Shown in pieces: positions 13,076 through 28,249 of a stretch of DNA of 64,000 bases. Where the stretch lies: positions 40,796,001-40,860,000 of the forward strand of contig OX597820.1 of the NCBI GenBank assembly GCA_951406725.2, in the 5' to 3' direction. Source of the DNA: Octopus vulgaris (lineage: Eukaryota). Position 1 is the stretch's first letter, and each line of letters starts with the position of its first letter. The translations under genes were made by a program, and so were the position numbers. A model generated the notes under the pieces. The model did no database searches. It saw nothing but the letters and a program-made list of their open reading frames with translations, and had not been told where the DNA came from.

Positions 13076-13808
13076 ATGAAGACATATATAACAGCATAAG
13101 ATTCCTTAAGACCTACACCACATCCATTCAAGTACAGAAATACGCACACAGAACGAACACACTAAACAGTATACATTAACCAAAAGGTAAACACGCATTA
13201 AAATTCATGCTCTTCTATTCATTCTCATATGCTTATCCTTCTTCTTCATCCTTTTTCTCGATTCCTTCATTTTATTTTGAAGTTTACATTTTTCCCCTTT
13301 GCCCCACTCCGTCAAGTGTGAAATATCTATAAACATTCCTTTAGCTTTTCCTTTCAAAATAACAACAGCTCTTTGTGTGTCTTTCTATGTCTCTCTGTCT
13401 CTGTCTACCTGTCTGTTTAGCTGTTTCTCTCTCTCTCTCTCCCTCTCTCTAATTATCTCTCTTTCATTTTCATAAGCGCTATTAATATAAATATTTCTAC
13501 CACCCTCCCTGACTTTTATTTTAGCGTACCCGTAAGCGACAGGTAGGCTATACATACATACATACATACATACATACATGCATACATGCATATATGTATA
13601 TATATATATATGAATGTATGTCTGTATATGTATATGTATATATGTACACATACACATACACACGCGTATATATATATATGAGCATAATTATGTTTGCATG
13701 CGTGTTTATAAGTATATGTATAACGAGAGTCAGTGCAATACAGTTTAAATAGTTTCCCTACATTTCTACACATCCTTGTTTTTTACTATCTCTCTATTAG
13801 TCTTCGTC

Positions 13809-13864
<56 letters not shown>

Positions 13865-14790
13865 CCTTCTTTTCTTCCCTTGCATCACATTTATTATCAT
13901 TAACAACCACACACACACACATGTGAATATGTGCGTTTGTGTAAGTCTGTATGTACGTGTGTATGCGTGAGTGTGTGGTATGGTGGGGGAGGCGCACGCG
14001 CATCAGCACAAATTTTCCAGAGCAACACTCCCTACCTAGCCCCCCACCCACCACCAAAACCCCACCCAGCTGTCGCACGCAGTTTCAGCTTTATGCAACA
14101 TGGTACGCGGTTTGTTTATTTTCCGTTTCACACCTTAATAATAATAAATATTCCTCCACCTACTTTACCATCTTTGCTGTCACTATTACCATAACTACAG
14201 CAATCAAAACCACCACCACCACCATGGCTCTATCACTATCACTATCACTAACTGCACAACCACACCTACAAACAGCTCTCCCACAGCAACTAACTACCTC
14301 CCATATATATATATATATATTGTTACGCTGTGCTTTTGACATTTGAAATATTCCAATTTGGAGATTGACTAGCTGTTAATCTTGTGTGAGTTTGTCACCT
14401 GAAATGTTGGTTGTTAGCGACAACAAAGTTGGAGTATGGCGGTGGAATGGGGGGAGAGGCGGTGTTGGGGATTGGGGGGGGGAGATGCTATTTTTGAACA
14501 TTAGGCTGGCATTAAATAATATATAAATACATAAACTACAAGCTTTTTTCATAAAATGTGTATGTTGTTTGTTGTTTGTTTCTCTCTGTGTGTATAAGCA
14601 CACACACATACGCACACTCACACAGACACACATATTCCTACAGACACATACGGATATATATATATACACATATATGCATATATATATATATATGGAGATG
14701 TACTTGCATAGCAAGTGACTTGATCTGAGATCGTGTGCTGGAACGAAAACAATTGCAGCTTATAAACACCTTCCACGTGGCAATTGTTGT

Positions 14791-14830
<40 letters not shown>

Positions 14831-15300
14831 GCGTATATAATATATCTATATATATATACTTAGATATGGACAATCATATGTACATATATATATATATCTA
14901 TACATACATATACATATATACCTACATATACATATACATATATATTACGTACATATAAATGCACACATGTACATACATACATATATACATATATACTTAG
15001 AATTATCTCTCCCCATGTGTATGTGCGTGCTTTTGTTTGTATTTGTTCGTGTGTGTGTGTGATTGTGTGTGTTTGTGTGTGTGTGGTGTCCACCTCTGAT
15101 CAACGCACTAGCCAATATAACTACACTTTTCAAACTAGAAAACTAGAATATATCGGCTCACTGGAATATAACGTTTTCCTTGCAGCCAGCCATCAAATAA
15201 TAATTGTTCAAAAAGAATATCAGTCGCATATATCTTAGCGGTCTCGGAGAGCCTTGCACGCATATGGGCACAATTTTTTTTTTCTGGAGACCAAATCAAG

Positions 15301-15397
<97 letters not shown>

Positions 15398-16208
15398 TGA
15401 CCAAACAGATAAATATAAATATCTAGAGGTATAATTACATAAATATATGTTAATAAATATGTTAATAAACATGTTTGTAAATATTCACGATCAGTATTTA
15501 AAATCTTTCGTTTCTCCATAGGCTCAAAATGGAGTCAACTCCGTTTGTGTTTTCTTTAGTTCTGCTCTGTTTTCCATAATTTTCATAAAAATTTAAAGAA
15601 GCATATTTTAAAAATGGTAAATCTTTCTCTATTCAGATGTTTTTCACATCACCGCATAGACTCACAACATCTTCACGTAGGAGAAGCAGAATTTTAAGGG
15701 ACTAAAGTTTGGCATGTATATGCATGTGTCTATGGATATATATATATATATATATGCTTCTGTGAACGAACGAGTGTGCACGCTCGTCTAATGCGTATGT
15801 GTGATTGCATGTGTGTATATGTGTGTGCGAGCGAGAGCGCGTGTGTATATTTTTACAGAGATAGTAAAATGAAGACAGTGACGCGTTGAGCCGGTATTTA
15901 AAAATGTACTTTCACTTTTCTTTTGCTTTCATGGTAAGTTATCAATAGCAGTGTTTGAAGAATTTGAAAGAGATGAAAGACACAAGAATACAAAAGCAGG
16001 CTCTATAAGAGAAATAAATGCAGATGTAAAGGAATGTGAACGATATATGCAATGCATACGATGTATACATACACACTAGCACACGCACGCACATACACAC
16101 ACATACACACACATGCACACACACACACATATATATATATAAGAGTGTGTGTGTACTCAATCTTATATGCGCATTTATATATATATATATACATATATAT
16201 ATACGCGC

Positions 16209-16248
<40 letters not shown>

Positions 16249-16380
16249 AAATATATACAAATACAAATACATGCATAATTCACAAATTCTTATATATGTG
16301 CATGTATATATGCGTGTGTTTGTGCGCATGTGTGTGTAGGTAGGCATTTATGTATGCATGTATGCACACGCACACACAGA

Positions 16381-16580
16381 TGTTGTTGTTGTTGGTGATG
16401 TTGCTGTTGTTGCGCAAAGCCAGTCCTAATGGTGTAGACCTATGATGAACGATATTCGAACCGTGACCAGCTTGTCTGTTTTTCTATGAGATGGGAAACC
16501 AGGACTACATATTGCAGCATCTCTTTTTAAGATGGAAGAAAGCGATTTGAGAAAGATAATTTAGTTACTACTTCCTGTGG
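16381..16580 (-). mobile_element. SINE-like family C copy
   Basis: (TTG)n tail, AGACCTATGATGAACGATATTCGAACCGTGACCAGCTTGTC...TTTTTAAGATGG...GATTTGAG. Confidence 0.55.
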
Positions 16581-16742
16581 GCCGAACGATTTCATTACTA
16601 TATTGTGGACTTAATATACACATACATACAACATTTACTCCACCCCCACCCTGCATGTATATATACACGCCAGTGAAACCGGGAAACAGGCGCTATGCTC
16701 CTTACAGAGCAATGGAGCAATGTGGTCTAACGATATATATAC

Positions 16743-16797
<55 letters not shown>

Positions 16798-16958
16798 TTT
16801 ATTTTTATTCTTTCATTTGATTAAGCGACGTGGCTGCGGCCATGCTATGTATACGCATATATTATAATTCCTGCTTTAAGCAAACATTTTCAGTGTTAGT
16901 TCAGATTCAGAATGATGCCTATGGACGAATAGAGTCAACTCTGGACTGACTGGAATTG

Positions 16959-16989
<31 letters not shown>

Positions 16990-17826
16990 AGTCAAAATTA
17001 TTCATATGGATGGCATGAAAAGCAGTGATGCAAAATTAAGAAAATTTAGAAAAGCAGTGCAGATGCATTTGGGTTATATTTCACTTGTAAAAAAAAAACA
17101 TCTTCCCTACAGTTTGCCATGAAGATAAATTTTCGCTTTTAGCAAAAGGTATTAAAAATCCCAAAGTTTGTTAACACCTTTTGCTAATGGAAAATAAATG
17201 CATAAATTAAGGGCTCAAAACTAAAGAGAACAACATCCTAGCGTTTTCAGTAAACTTATCACGAAGTTAGATTATTGTACTACAACAAAAACCTGGAAGA
17301 AAAGCCATTGGCATACAAAAAGAAGTAAATGGTTAGCCATGCTTATAGGGACAGGAATTATGACTTTCCTTCGAAGATTTTGCTTTTGAAATCCAAGGAA
17401 GGAGAAAACTACACAATACACACTGAAGTAAAGAATTTGCAGCATTTAAACCACTAAGAGGTGACCGAAACTCAATTATCTCACATTTTGTCGAGTATAT
17501 TACACTTGTGAATACAACTGCCGAAAACGTCATTTAGGTACTTGCTTTTAATGTGGTACGATGATGTAGCTAGAATAGTATACAATGCCTTCCTTAGTGT
17601 ATATAGATTGCTCTGAGATAAATATGGAAAATATTTCTGTTATATGTAGTAAGTATTAAAGTATCTAACATTACTGGGACATTCCCATTAGATTTTCCGT
17701 GAAATGCAAATTTAAGTAGTCTGATATAGTTGCTTGAGACAGAAAATGAAAATTTCGCACTAAAGTATCGCCAACTACTCTCTAGGTATGAATATTTCTT
17801 TTAACATGAGAGAGATAGAGAACATT

Positions 17827-18436
17827 ATTTACTACTCTAGGCACAAGGCCCCAAATTTTGGGGGAGGATGCCAGTCGATTAGATCGACTCAGTACGCAAC
17901 TGGTACTTAATTTATCGACCCCTAAAAGTGGAAAAGCAAAGTCGACTTCGGCGGAACTTAAACTCAGAACGTAAAGACAAACGAAATACCTATTTATTTA
18001 CTACACACAAGGGGTAAACACAGAGGGGACAAACAAGGACAGACAAAGGGATTAAGTCGATTATATCGACCCCAGTGCGTAACTGGTACTTAATTTATCG
18101 ACCCAAAAGGATGGAAAGGCAAAGTCGACCTTGGCGGGATTTGAACTCAGAATGAAACGGCAGACGGAATACGACTACGCATTTCGCCCGGCGTGCTAAC
18201 GGTTCTTATTTCTTTATTACCCACAAAGGGCTAAACATAGGGAGGACAAACAAGGACAGACAAACGGATTAAGTCGATTATATCAACCCCAGTGTGTAAC
18301 TGGTACTCAATTTATCGACCCCGAAAGGATGAAAGGCAAAGTCGACCTCGGCGGAATTTGAACTCAGAAAATAAAGACAAACGAAATACCGTAAGAATTT
18401 CTCCCAGCGTGCTAACGTTTCTGCCAGCTCGCCGCC
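17827..18436 (-). mobile_element. SINE family B trimer flanked by a 16-bp target-site duplication
   Basis: Three tandem bodies, one complete head (GGCGGCGAGCTGGCAG, ending 18436). Direct repeats AGAGATAGAGAACATT (17811-17826) and AGAGATAGAGAATATT (18438-18453), 15/16 identical. Confidence 0.9.
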
Positions 18437-20028
18437 TAGAGATAGAGAATATTGTCTAACCTTAACCCTAACGTAGCCAAATTATGGATTTACAGTTATA
18501 AATTGACATGCATTTGGATGTATAAGAAATGTCTAAGTGATAATCTCGAAAGAGCGTGGTTGTTAGGCAAAGTAAGTGACAAATTATAACGCACTTTTTC
18601 ACTGCATTCTGTAAGAACAATAAAAGTAAGTACGCCTTTTTCTAAAGGTCAACATGAAGCTTATGTTTTTTAGGGTCGCTGTAATTCAAATTCCTGCTAC
18701 ATCACTTTATTTCTCTGCAAGAAACTATTTGAAATTTTTTGGAAAGCTCAAATGATGAAAAAGAAAACTCACTAACTATATATAATTCTACAAACGCAAA
18801 TGAATTTTGCCAATGCGTAGATTAACTTACAAGCACTTCCAACCGAGTAATTATGTTTGTATTTATACACGGCTTATGAATTTAATGTAATTTACTGTGT
18901 TTAAATGAGTGTACAGTGAAAAGTTTATGAATGCTTAAATTAGGCATCGCACATGTGAACATTCACACCCTCTCTCTCTCTCTCTCTCTCTCTCACGCAC
19001 ACACATACACACAACTATACACAATTATTCGCAACACACTCTTTATAATTCGTTACTAGCGACATATTTTCCCAAGTAGATGCAAAATTCCTTATCATAG
19101 CAATCCGAAAGTTGGTGGCAGACTTACAAATCATTTCGTAAGTATAAGTATAAGTTTCTTTGATAAGCAACTTGCACAATCTTTACTGAAAACCACTCCA
19201 GCTTTCGATAGTTTCTAACAGGAAGTCATGACTAATTTTTCATAACATTTACATTGTCATCAAAGCTCACCTGTCGATTCACGCGAACAATCCCTTAGAC
19301 TTTTTCGATGTTGTCATAAGCATAGAATACGGTTAACAATCTAATCCTCTCTTGATAGAAAGAATTGCAAGATTGTTTTTGAAAGTCTATTTGATGAAGA
19401 TCTGTATCAGTTAAAAATATTTTTGCTATACTGTTCTGAAGTTTTCTCTGGATTTCGAGCACTGATGCAATTTCAATCGATAGGAAATGAATCGGTGAAT
19501 ACTGTTCTTTTGTTGAGCGACCATGAAGGCTCATTGACTATGGTTAACATATTAACAAAGGCTATTTAAATGACATTCCAAGTTCAAACATAAACCATAA
19601 GGACTTGCGGGAGACCTAGCCTAACGATGCGTAAGAAACTAAAATTCACTCCAATGAGGAAAAAACTGCGAGTGCTTTGCAGATAATTCATGGCTCACCT
19701 TCCGTGCACGCGCCAGTATATATATGTATGTGTGTTTATGTGTGTGTATGCATGTGTGTGTGAGTTATACATATGTGTACGTGAGTGTGAATTATACGTG
19801 TGTCTATGTGTATATATGCATACTTACATGCACAGATGCACAAATATTCGAATGATACGTTAACAAGTCTTCACTCGAGTAATCATTGGTAAGTATATAA
19901 ATACATAACTCATATATAAATAACTAAAAAGGAATATACGCATATTACACTCTAATATCCTTATATCCCAGCATTTCTGTTTATCTCTTTCTCATTAAGC
20001 ATGCATATCTGTGTGTGTGTGTGCTTGT

Positions 20029-20093
<65 letters not shown>

Positions 20094-22989
20094 CCTATGT
20101 GCGTCTGTGCTTGTGTGTGGGATTGTACAGATATGTATGAGATACTAAAAGAAAAGGAATATCCAGATGGCTATTCATTTCTTTGAAATTGCATGCGTTT
20201 GCACAAACGTGTATATACCTATACTATATGTACTAATATACGCACTCACAGATGATGATTGTTAGTGAAAATAGGAAATCGCCTTTAGTCGTTCCCAAGG
20301 TGAAAGTAACAATAAATAAGACACTCCTAATTTCTCTAACTTTAGTAGATTTGAAACATTACAAATTGTTGGACGAAAGGTCTAATATTATTAAAGTAAG
20401 TGAAAGTACCTTCATGTTATTTATTTCCACAAACTTCAATGACAGTAGAGTGTGAATGTCTTGTAAACTAGCAAAATTATTTAATACTATGCAGACATAT
20501 ATATGTCAATATACAAATATATATGTTCTTTCCAGGAATGTCTCGTGGATGCTACAACTTGCAATAACAAAGCTAATAGCTTAATTAGAAACGATATGAA
20601 CAAGTTACGTGAACTTAGAACTATAGTTCTAATGCAAAGAGAAAGAATTTGCCAAAGATGCTATAGCTGAATATGACACATCAACGTGTTGCCATGTTCT
20701 GCTAATATATTCTTCTGTGTTTCTTTGTTAACATATCTTTAATGTAGAAGCGAAATATTATGTGAATCGTTCTGCTTACACTTGGAAAGAAGAGAAGTTT
20801 AAAATCGCTGGCACAGCAACGAGTCTGGTTGCATGTCAAATGCAAGATATTTCAAAAGCTAAATTTAATATGTCAATGAATTTGTAAATCAGTATCTAAC
20901 AGGCAATAATTTGCTTTCGAAAATAACAAACAGCTACGCAGAGTCTGATTTATTTCGGGTTACCAACTGTACAAAACAAGCATCAACTATAACGTAGAAG
21001 CAAATCTTACAAATCAAATGGAATATGGCAGCAAAGTATACAACTTCATGAATGCTGACTCGGCATTGTATCAAGTTCGAGTTATTAGGTCTTTTCTTGG
21101 AAACTATTATATCAGTTTGTGTCTGTGAGGTAGGAGGTACATGACCCTCTGGTCAAAAGATGCACACGTCGTCAGTAATGGTTTCATAAAGATTTCATGC
21201 TTCTTATCGGACATGCATGAACCTAAGCTGGGAATGTCAAAAATGACTGGACCAACGTTTTCTTGACACAAGCTCGACAACCAGTGACATGCTCCAAACT
21301 ATTTTGAAAGGCGGATAGTAAAGAGAATTGGCTACGACAAACTTAACTCTACTTATAGCATTAATTACAGATTAATGCTTATTTTGATCCCTAAAATTTT
21401 CAGGATAAAAGTAAAATCGGACAATGCCTTCTGATTACTTCAATATATAGTAATATTTGAGAATAAATTCATAAGGTAACTGAGCATGTAGCTAAGTGTT
21501 GAATGGTAAGCATCACTTTTCCAGTACAACTCTGATATTAACATTTCAAGATTAATGCCATTGGGTTGAGAAATTCGAATTCTGTCACGTCACAATTTCA
21601 GAAAATACAAGTGGAATCGATCGTCTTAACGTGGTTAAATTAGTTAATTCCAAAATCGTTTCAATAATTAAAATTAAAACCATAGTAAAAAAAATATCGC
21701 TAACTTCACTGATTAAAACTTGTCGAAAGTTTCAAGGGGGATAAATTCATAATTCGAATTAATATAAAAATGAATGACAACATGCAGAGTCTGAAGCGAT
21801 TGTGATATTTAGCAATTGCAGAAACAAATCTGGACATATTTCAGGTCTTATAGCACCTCCTCAACTATGTATAGACTAAGACGTTCTTAGTAGATTAGAG
21901 AGTACTAAAATAATGAAGATGAGTAAATAAATATTCACGAATGAGGCACTTTAATATACTTACTGAGTGAAATATTTCAGGGATGTATTCTATATGAAAA
22001 GCATATATATATATTTTATATCAATATTTTATATCAATATTTTTTTATAAATATTTTCAATGTGCAATAATGGGGAATAACGACATAATTATTGTTGCCT
22101 TTCTGGCTCTTTGTATCGACATCCACTGCTGTCATTCAACCTTTTTCTTTACTCCCCTATCTTTTCTGTTACATTAGATTTCTGCGCATCTTTTTAATAG
22201 TACAGTGATCTCGTATACGTGTACACACAACTTCACATAAACTCATACACACATATATATATACATGTGTACATATGTGCATATATATATACTCACATAC
22301 ACACGCACTCGCATAATGTTTGAAAAGATAAGAATCTAACATATATGTATACAGTCATATACATATTCATATATATACTCTGTATATAAATATATACCTG
22401 CATATACATGCACATTTTTATTAGTATATATGTCATGTATGTGTTTATAAGTATATGAATGTTTAAGTATACACGTGTAAGTGCATGAATACATATACGT
22501 ATATATACTTACAAATAAGTCTGAATCGTAAATCCAATGTGCGCACACATGTATATATATGTACACATGTATGTGTGTGTATACACACATATACGCACAC
22601 ACACAACACATACACACACAACACACATACACAATACACACCCAACACACATACACACAATACACACACAAGCACACACGCTTACATATATAGGCTCCTG
22701 TATGTGTGTGTCTCCGTGCGGAGATTTTCTATTTAATTTACTTTCAATTTACATATAATTATATATATATGCATATTTTTATAGTTTATTTATGCCTCTT
22801 TACATTTAAATGTCTTTATTTTACTGGTAGAACAGGGAAGAGGTGTGAGGGAGGGGTGTTTCTCTACGTGATGCCATGATAGTTTTATTTATTTATGTAC
22901 TATCAGAGGAGGTTTTTTGTTTGTTTGTTTGGTTTAGTTATATTTTTTTTTCTTTTTGTAAATTATTTACTGTCATATTTTGCTGAAAT

Positions 22990-23188
22990 TCAAGAAAATG
23001 GGTAAAGTGCTATGATGGATAGGGTTGGGAAAAAAGAGAGCGTTAGACTTGGCGGAGAAAGAGAGAGAGAGGGAGAGAGCGAGAGAGAGAGAGAGTATGA
23101 AATGAATATAAAAAGAGAAAGAAGGGCTAAGTCAACCAGGAAAGCAATGAGAAAGACGAGATCGAAGTATATATATATATACATATAC

Positions 23189-23228
<40 letters not shown>

Positions 23229-23321
23229 AAATATATATATATATATGTATAAATATATATATATATATATGCATATATACATACATACATACATACATAC
23301 ATACATACATACATACATACA

Positions 23322-23357
<36 letters not shown>

Positions 23358-24084
23358 TTTAATATGCGGGAAAGTGAAGGAGAGATGGAAATGAAAGTGA
23401 AGAAAAATCTGAATAGAAAAGTTGGGAGTGAACACATGTACAGGATACAGATGGGTGAAGAGAGGGTTGAATAAATTAGTAGATGATAACATGGAGAGAA
23501 AATGATGGAGATAAAAGTATATTAATGTATGAGAGGGTGAGAACGTGAGAGAGAAAGGGAGTGAGAGAGACGGTGGAAGAAACAGAGAGAGAGAGAGACT
23601 TGGTAAAAAAGAAATAATTAGTGTCGATAAAGTGATGGGGAGATGAAGAGAAAGTTAGATAGACAGAAAGAGAAGTGAGAGAAGAGAGAGAGAGACGACG
23701 ACGATGAATGTTGGGTCGAGTAAGAACTAAGATGCGGTGGAGGAGCGGAACAGGGAGCTAAAGGGAGAGTAACAGGAGCGGAGATGGAATAAAAGACAGG
23801 AACGATGATAATAATATAAATAAATAAAAAAATTAAGATACTAAAGAGAAAAGAGGGAGAGAGAGAGAGAGAGATGGTGGGAATAAGAGGAGGGCAGAGA
23901 TTAAGGTATTGGGAAAAGAATGGAAAGAACGAATGAAGCGTGCTGTGAGGCAGCTGGGGTCGAGGTGGGAGATGCTGCGTTGCTGGAAGAGTGAAAACAT
24001 AGGAATGTAAGAGGGTAGATTGGGAAAGATTGCTGATACGTATGGGCGCTGGCATTAGGTAGGGAGGAACCTAAGAAGGTAATA

Positions 24085-24119
<35 letters not shown>

Positions 24120-24300
24120 AGATGAAATCGAAGGGGTATAAAAAGGGGGAAAAAAATTATATAAGGTAGAAGGGAAAGAGAGCAATACAGAATGATAAAG
24201 AGACAAAAACAGGCACACGACTACAGCAAAGTTACCGAATGTGGGAATGGTTAGGGAATGTAGTGGAGTGGAGTGGAGTGGAGTGGAGTGGAGTGGAGTG
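22990..24300. repeat. Long purine-rich (GA-rich) tract with (TA)n, (CATA)n, (AAAT)n and (GGAGT)n
   Basis: Strong purine bias on the + strand over ~1.3 kb. Confidence 0.8.
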
Positions 24301-24465
24301 GGATTGGTGTGTGTGTGTGTGTGTGTATGTGGTGTGGGTGGGTGGGGGGATGCGGAAGAATGGATTGGAATGGAATGTGGTTGTTTGATGGGGGAGGAGT
24401 GGGTAAGAATGAGGATGGTTGCAGTGGAGAAATGCAGAGAGACGCTGGTTTGCGACTTAGGAAAA

Positions 24466-24490
24466 GATGATGATGATGATGATGATGATG

Positions 24491-24537
<47 letters not shown>

Positions 24538-25465
24538 CAAACACGATCATGATGATGATGATGATGATGATGCTTATGACGACGACGATGATGATAAAAA
24601 TAGCAACGATTCTACGATGATGAAGAGGAAGATTATGGCGACGACGACGAAGGCGATAAGAGTGATGATGATGATGATGATGATGATGATGCTGATGATG
24701 ATGATGACGATGACGACGACGATGACGATGATGATGATGGTGGTGGTGGTAGTGGTGGTGGTGGTGGTGGTGGTGGTTGTAGCAGTAGTGGTAGAGATGC
24801 TACTGATGGTGATGATAATGATGCCAACGATGAATAACAATCCACCACCGCCACCAATATTACCGCCACCAACATCACCGCCACCACCACCACCACCACC
24901 ACCACCACCACTGCCGACACCACCAAAACGTCGTCTCGTCTATGAAATGCTAACCGACAACTGATGAAGTAAAGATAAAGTAACTGTGGGAGGCGGAAGC
25001 AAACAATATTTTAGCCAGGAGGAGTTGTGATCCGTGATGGGAAGTTAACAAACAAAACCAAGAATGGTTTACAAACATACAACACAAAGTAACGAACAAG
25101 CAAACAAACTCAGCAAGGATCAATTTATACGAAATCGACTGGAGGATGAAGAGGGAGAGTGAGAGAGTGAGAGAGAGGGAGAGAGAGAGAGAGAAGGGTG
25201 GAGATGAGACAGTGTATTGTTGTTAAAACTATTGTCTGATGTATATTATAACTACACACGGTGGTGGTATACACATTGAGAGTTGCAATTAGAGTAAAGA
25301 ATAACCGGTGAATGACTAACATATTGCTGCTGTATAACCTGTTGTTGTTGTTGTTATCGTTATTGTTGCTGTTATTGTCGTTGTCGTTGTTATTGTTATC
25401 GTTCTGGTTGATGTTGTTGCTGTGGGTGATGGTAACGGTGGTGATTATATTGGTGGTGATGATGA

Positions 25466-25499
<34 letters not shown>

Positions 25500-25583
25500 G
25501 GTGGTCGTCGTCGTCGTGGTAGTGGTGGTGGTGGTGATGATGATGATGATGATGATTATGATGATGATGATTATGATGATGAC

Positions 25584-25629
<46 letters not shown>

Positions 25630-25743
25630 GTGATGATGGTGATGACAAGGAAGACATTTTAAGAATGATAATAGCAATGAGTTTTGGTGTTTATAACTAT
25701 GCTGTTCATTATGAAGATAACGATGACGATGATGATGATGATA

Positions 25744-25777
<34 letters not shown>

Positions 25778-26161
25778 CGACGACGATGATGATGATGATG
25801 ACGACGACGACGACGACGAAGACAACGATTACGGCGGCTTCACTTTCAGATGATGACAGTAATGTAGGCTTTATGATGCTACTGGTCAAGATGCTGATGA
25901 TGATGATTGTGAGAATGGTGTATTTGTTGTTGACGTCGTTGTTGTTGTTGTTTAGCCAAACTGAGATAATAGGTTAGTAAAAGAATGCTGATGCGCTTGG
26001 CAGAGGAAATTATGTACAGAAGAGAACTTCTGGTGGGGCAGTATAAAAAAAAGCAATCACGTAATCGAGGAGATGGTATAGAAATGTTCCAGTCTCAGTG
26101 GTGATCCTTCCACCAGTTGTTTATATTTATTTTATTCTCTTCAGTTTTAAGATTACATTGT

Positions 26162-26238
<77 letters not shown>

Positions 26239-26270
26239 GATGATGATGATGATGATGATGATGATGTTGA
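24466..26270. repeat. Trinucleotide-repeat field (GAT, AAT, GAC, GGT, CCA, GTT)
   Basis: Directly visible; source of many spurious homopolymer ORFs. Confidence 0.95.
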
Positions 26271-26447
26271 TGTTTTGGTTGTTGTATATAGTCCCGAGTC
26301 TGACAGCCTGGAAAAAGTTATGATCGAACAGATTTCAGTGATCGCCCTTCAGTCTTCTCCCCCAAATCCATGATTACATTGTTCTATGAGCACTTCTTAT
26401 GTTTAGACAGGAATGTAATAATTTAATGGGAATTTCACTGCAATTCC

Positions 26448-26775
26448 TAGCCTTAGGCGAGTGTATTCCACTATAGCTTCGGGCTGACCAAAGCCTTATG
26501 TGTGAATTTGGTAGACGGAAACTGAAAGAAGCCCATCGTATATATATATCAATGTGTGCGTGTCGTTGAGTTTGTGTTTGCTCCCCCACCACAACCGCTT
26601 GACAACCGGTGCTGGAGTGCTTACGGCCTATAAATTAGCGGTTCGGCAAAAGCGGCTGATGGAATAAGTACCAGGCTTTTAAGAAATAAATACTGGGGTC
26701 GATACACTTAACCGAAAGTTCTTCAAGGCGGTGCCCTAGTATGGCCGCAATCTAATGACTGAAACAAGTAAATAA
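26448..26775 (+). mobile_element. SINE family A, 5'-truncated
   Basis: GACCAAAGCC...TTTGGTAGACGGAAACTGAAAGAAGCCC...GGTTCGGCAAAA...ATGACTGAAACAAGTAAA. Confidence 0.82.
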
Positions 26776-28215
26776 TATAAAGAAGAAAAACATTTTTTCA
26801 GTTTTTTTAAAGGTGTGTAGTGTAATTCGAGGTAAGTTTCTGACTGCTATTTTGAGCAGGTCAAGCAGCTGTAGTAGGTAGAAGAGTTAAAGAGAGAAAC
26901 AACTGTGTGGCTGTTGCCTAGTGTTTCCCAAGTTTGGTGAATGATTATTTTTACTGGACCGCTTTGAGGTGGATTGATGTTTGTGTGTACCACAGCAGAA
27001 CCGTTACAGAAACATGAGCAGTTCTCTGTTGATCGTCGTACTTGATGCTTGGATAGACCTAGCAGCTGATCAAGGCGGAAGTTCTTTGGTGAGCTATCAA
27101 AGAGTGGGTCGGAGAGAGAACCCCCATTTAAACACACAGCGATGAAGCGATGTAGCCAGACACCCACGATCAAAGAAATGAAAGATCAATGGAACCTATA
27201 GGCAGAAAACTTAACTAGGATGGTTGAAGACTCTGCTGATGCTAAAAGAAACGCTATTACTTTTGATGAAGTTTTGAAGTATGAGCATGACGTGGGTCTC
27301 GCTCTACAGAAATTTCTACTGACGATCGCTAAAAGAGAAAGAGACTCAAGGGGATAAAGTTTGTGGTTGCTAACGAGTGATTCTGTGATTCTTTGAAGAC
27401 GTTGCTATCGAAAGAGATTAGGTAATGGTTCGCACGGCCTTTGTTGGCAATGTGATACATTCATTGTTATAAACGGTGAAGAATTCTGTCAATATATTTT
27501 TAATCCCTGTAGAATATAGAAGTAAGCACTGAAGTACAATTTCTGATTAATTTGGAGTTGGCAAAAAAGCTGTATTTTTTTAATTTTTAGTTCGTAGCGG
27601 TGGCACTACTGAAAAGGAAAACGAGAATTTTGGTGGAGTTATGCGTGTAATATAGAGTTAGAAGCGAAACGAGTAACGATGAGTTTTAGTTACAAGGCCA
27701 CATCAGTGTGGCAGATATTGAATACCAAACTAGTTGTTTATAGAGCAATTAAAGGAGACAAAAAAACATTGTTTAACAAATATCACTCAATAGGAGTCCT
27801 GTCAACAATATCGTTACAGTTATGAGAAAATACATAAATATTTATACAACGAAAATACAAAATGTCCCTAAAATAACCACCTGTAAATTTGTGCTCTGTG
27901 ATCGAAGTTGCGGTTACAATTCTGACATTTTAGTTTTAAAAACAAGAGTAGTCGCTCTCGCTCTCTTTCTTTCTCTTTATCTTTCTCTCTCGTTCTTATT
28001 ATCTCCTTCCCTCCCGCCCTCCTTTTCTCTCTCTCTCTTTCTCTCTTTCCATCTCTCTCTCTCTATCTCTCTTCCTTTCTCCTTTCTTTCGTCAAAACTT
28101 GAGCAACAGGGTGAAATCAAAGTTCAATATTACCATACCTCACCCTAGATCTTCTGGTTCTCCCTCTCTCTCCTCTTTCATGTTAGCTTGTTCTCTGTAC
28201 ACACAAACACACACA

Positions 28216-28249
<34 letters not shown>

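Noticed and set aside
17827-18436. CRISPR-like repeat-spacer appearance
   Set aside because: Units are ~180-220-bp SINE bodies with no unique spacers; eukaryotic context, no cas genes.
18455-18472. Telomere-like CTAACCTTAACCCTAAC
   Set aside because: Only two or three imperfect units; not an interstitial telomeric array.
24467-25977. Poly-Met/Asp/Val/His ORFs
   Set aside because: Translations of (GAT)n and (GGT)n microsatellites.
26880-27480. Possible decayed retroelement or exon
   Set aside because: Complex sequence but no recognisable motif or sustained frame; left unannotated.
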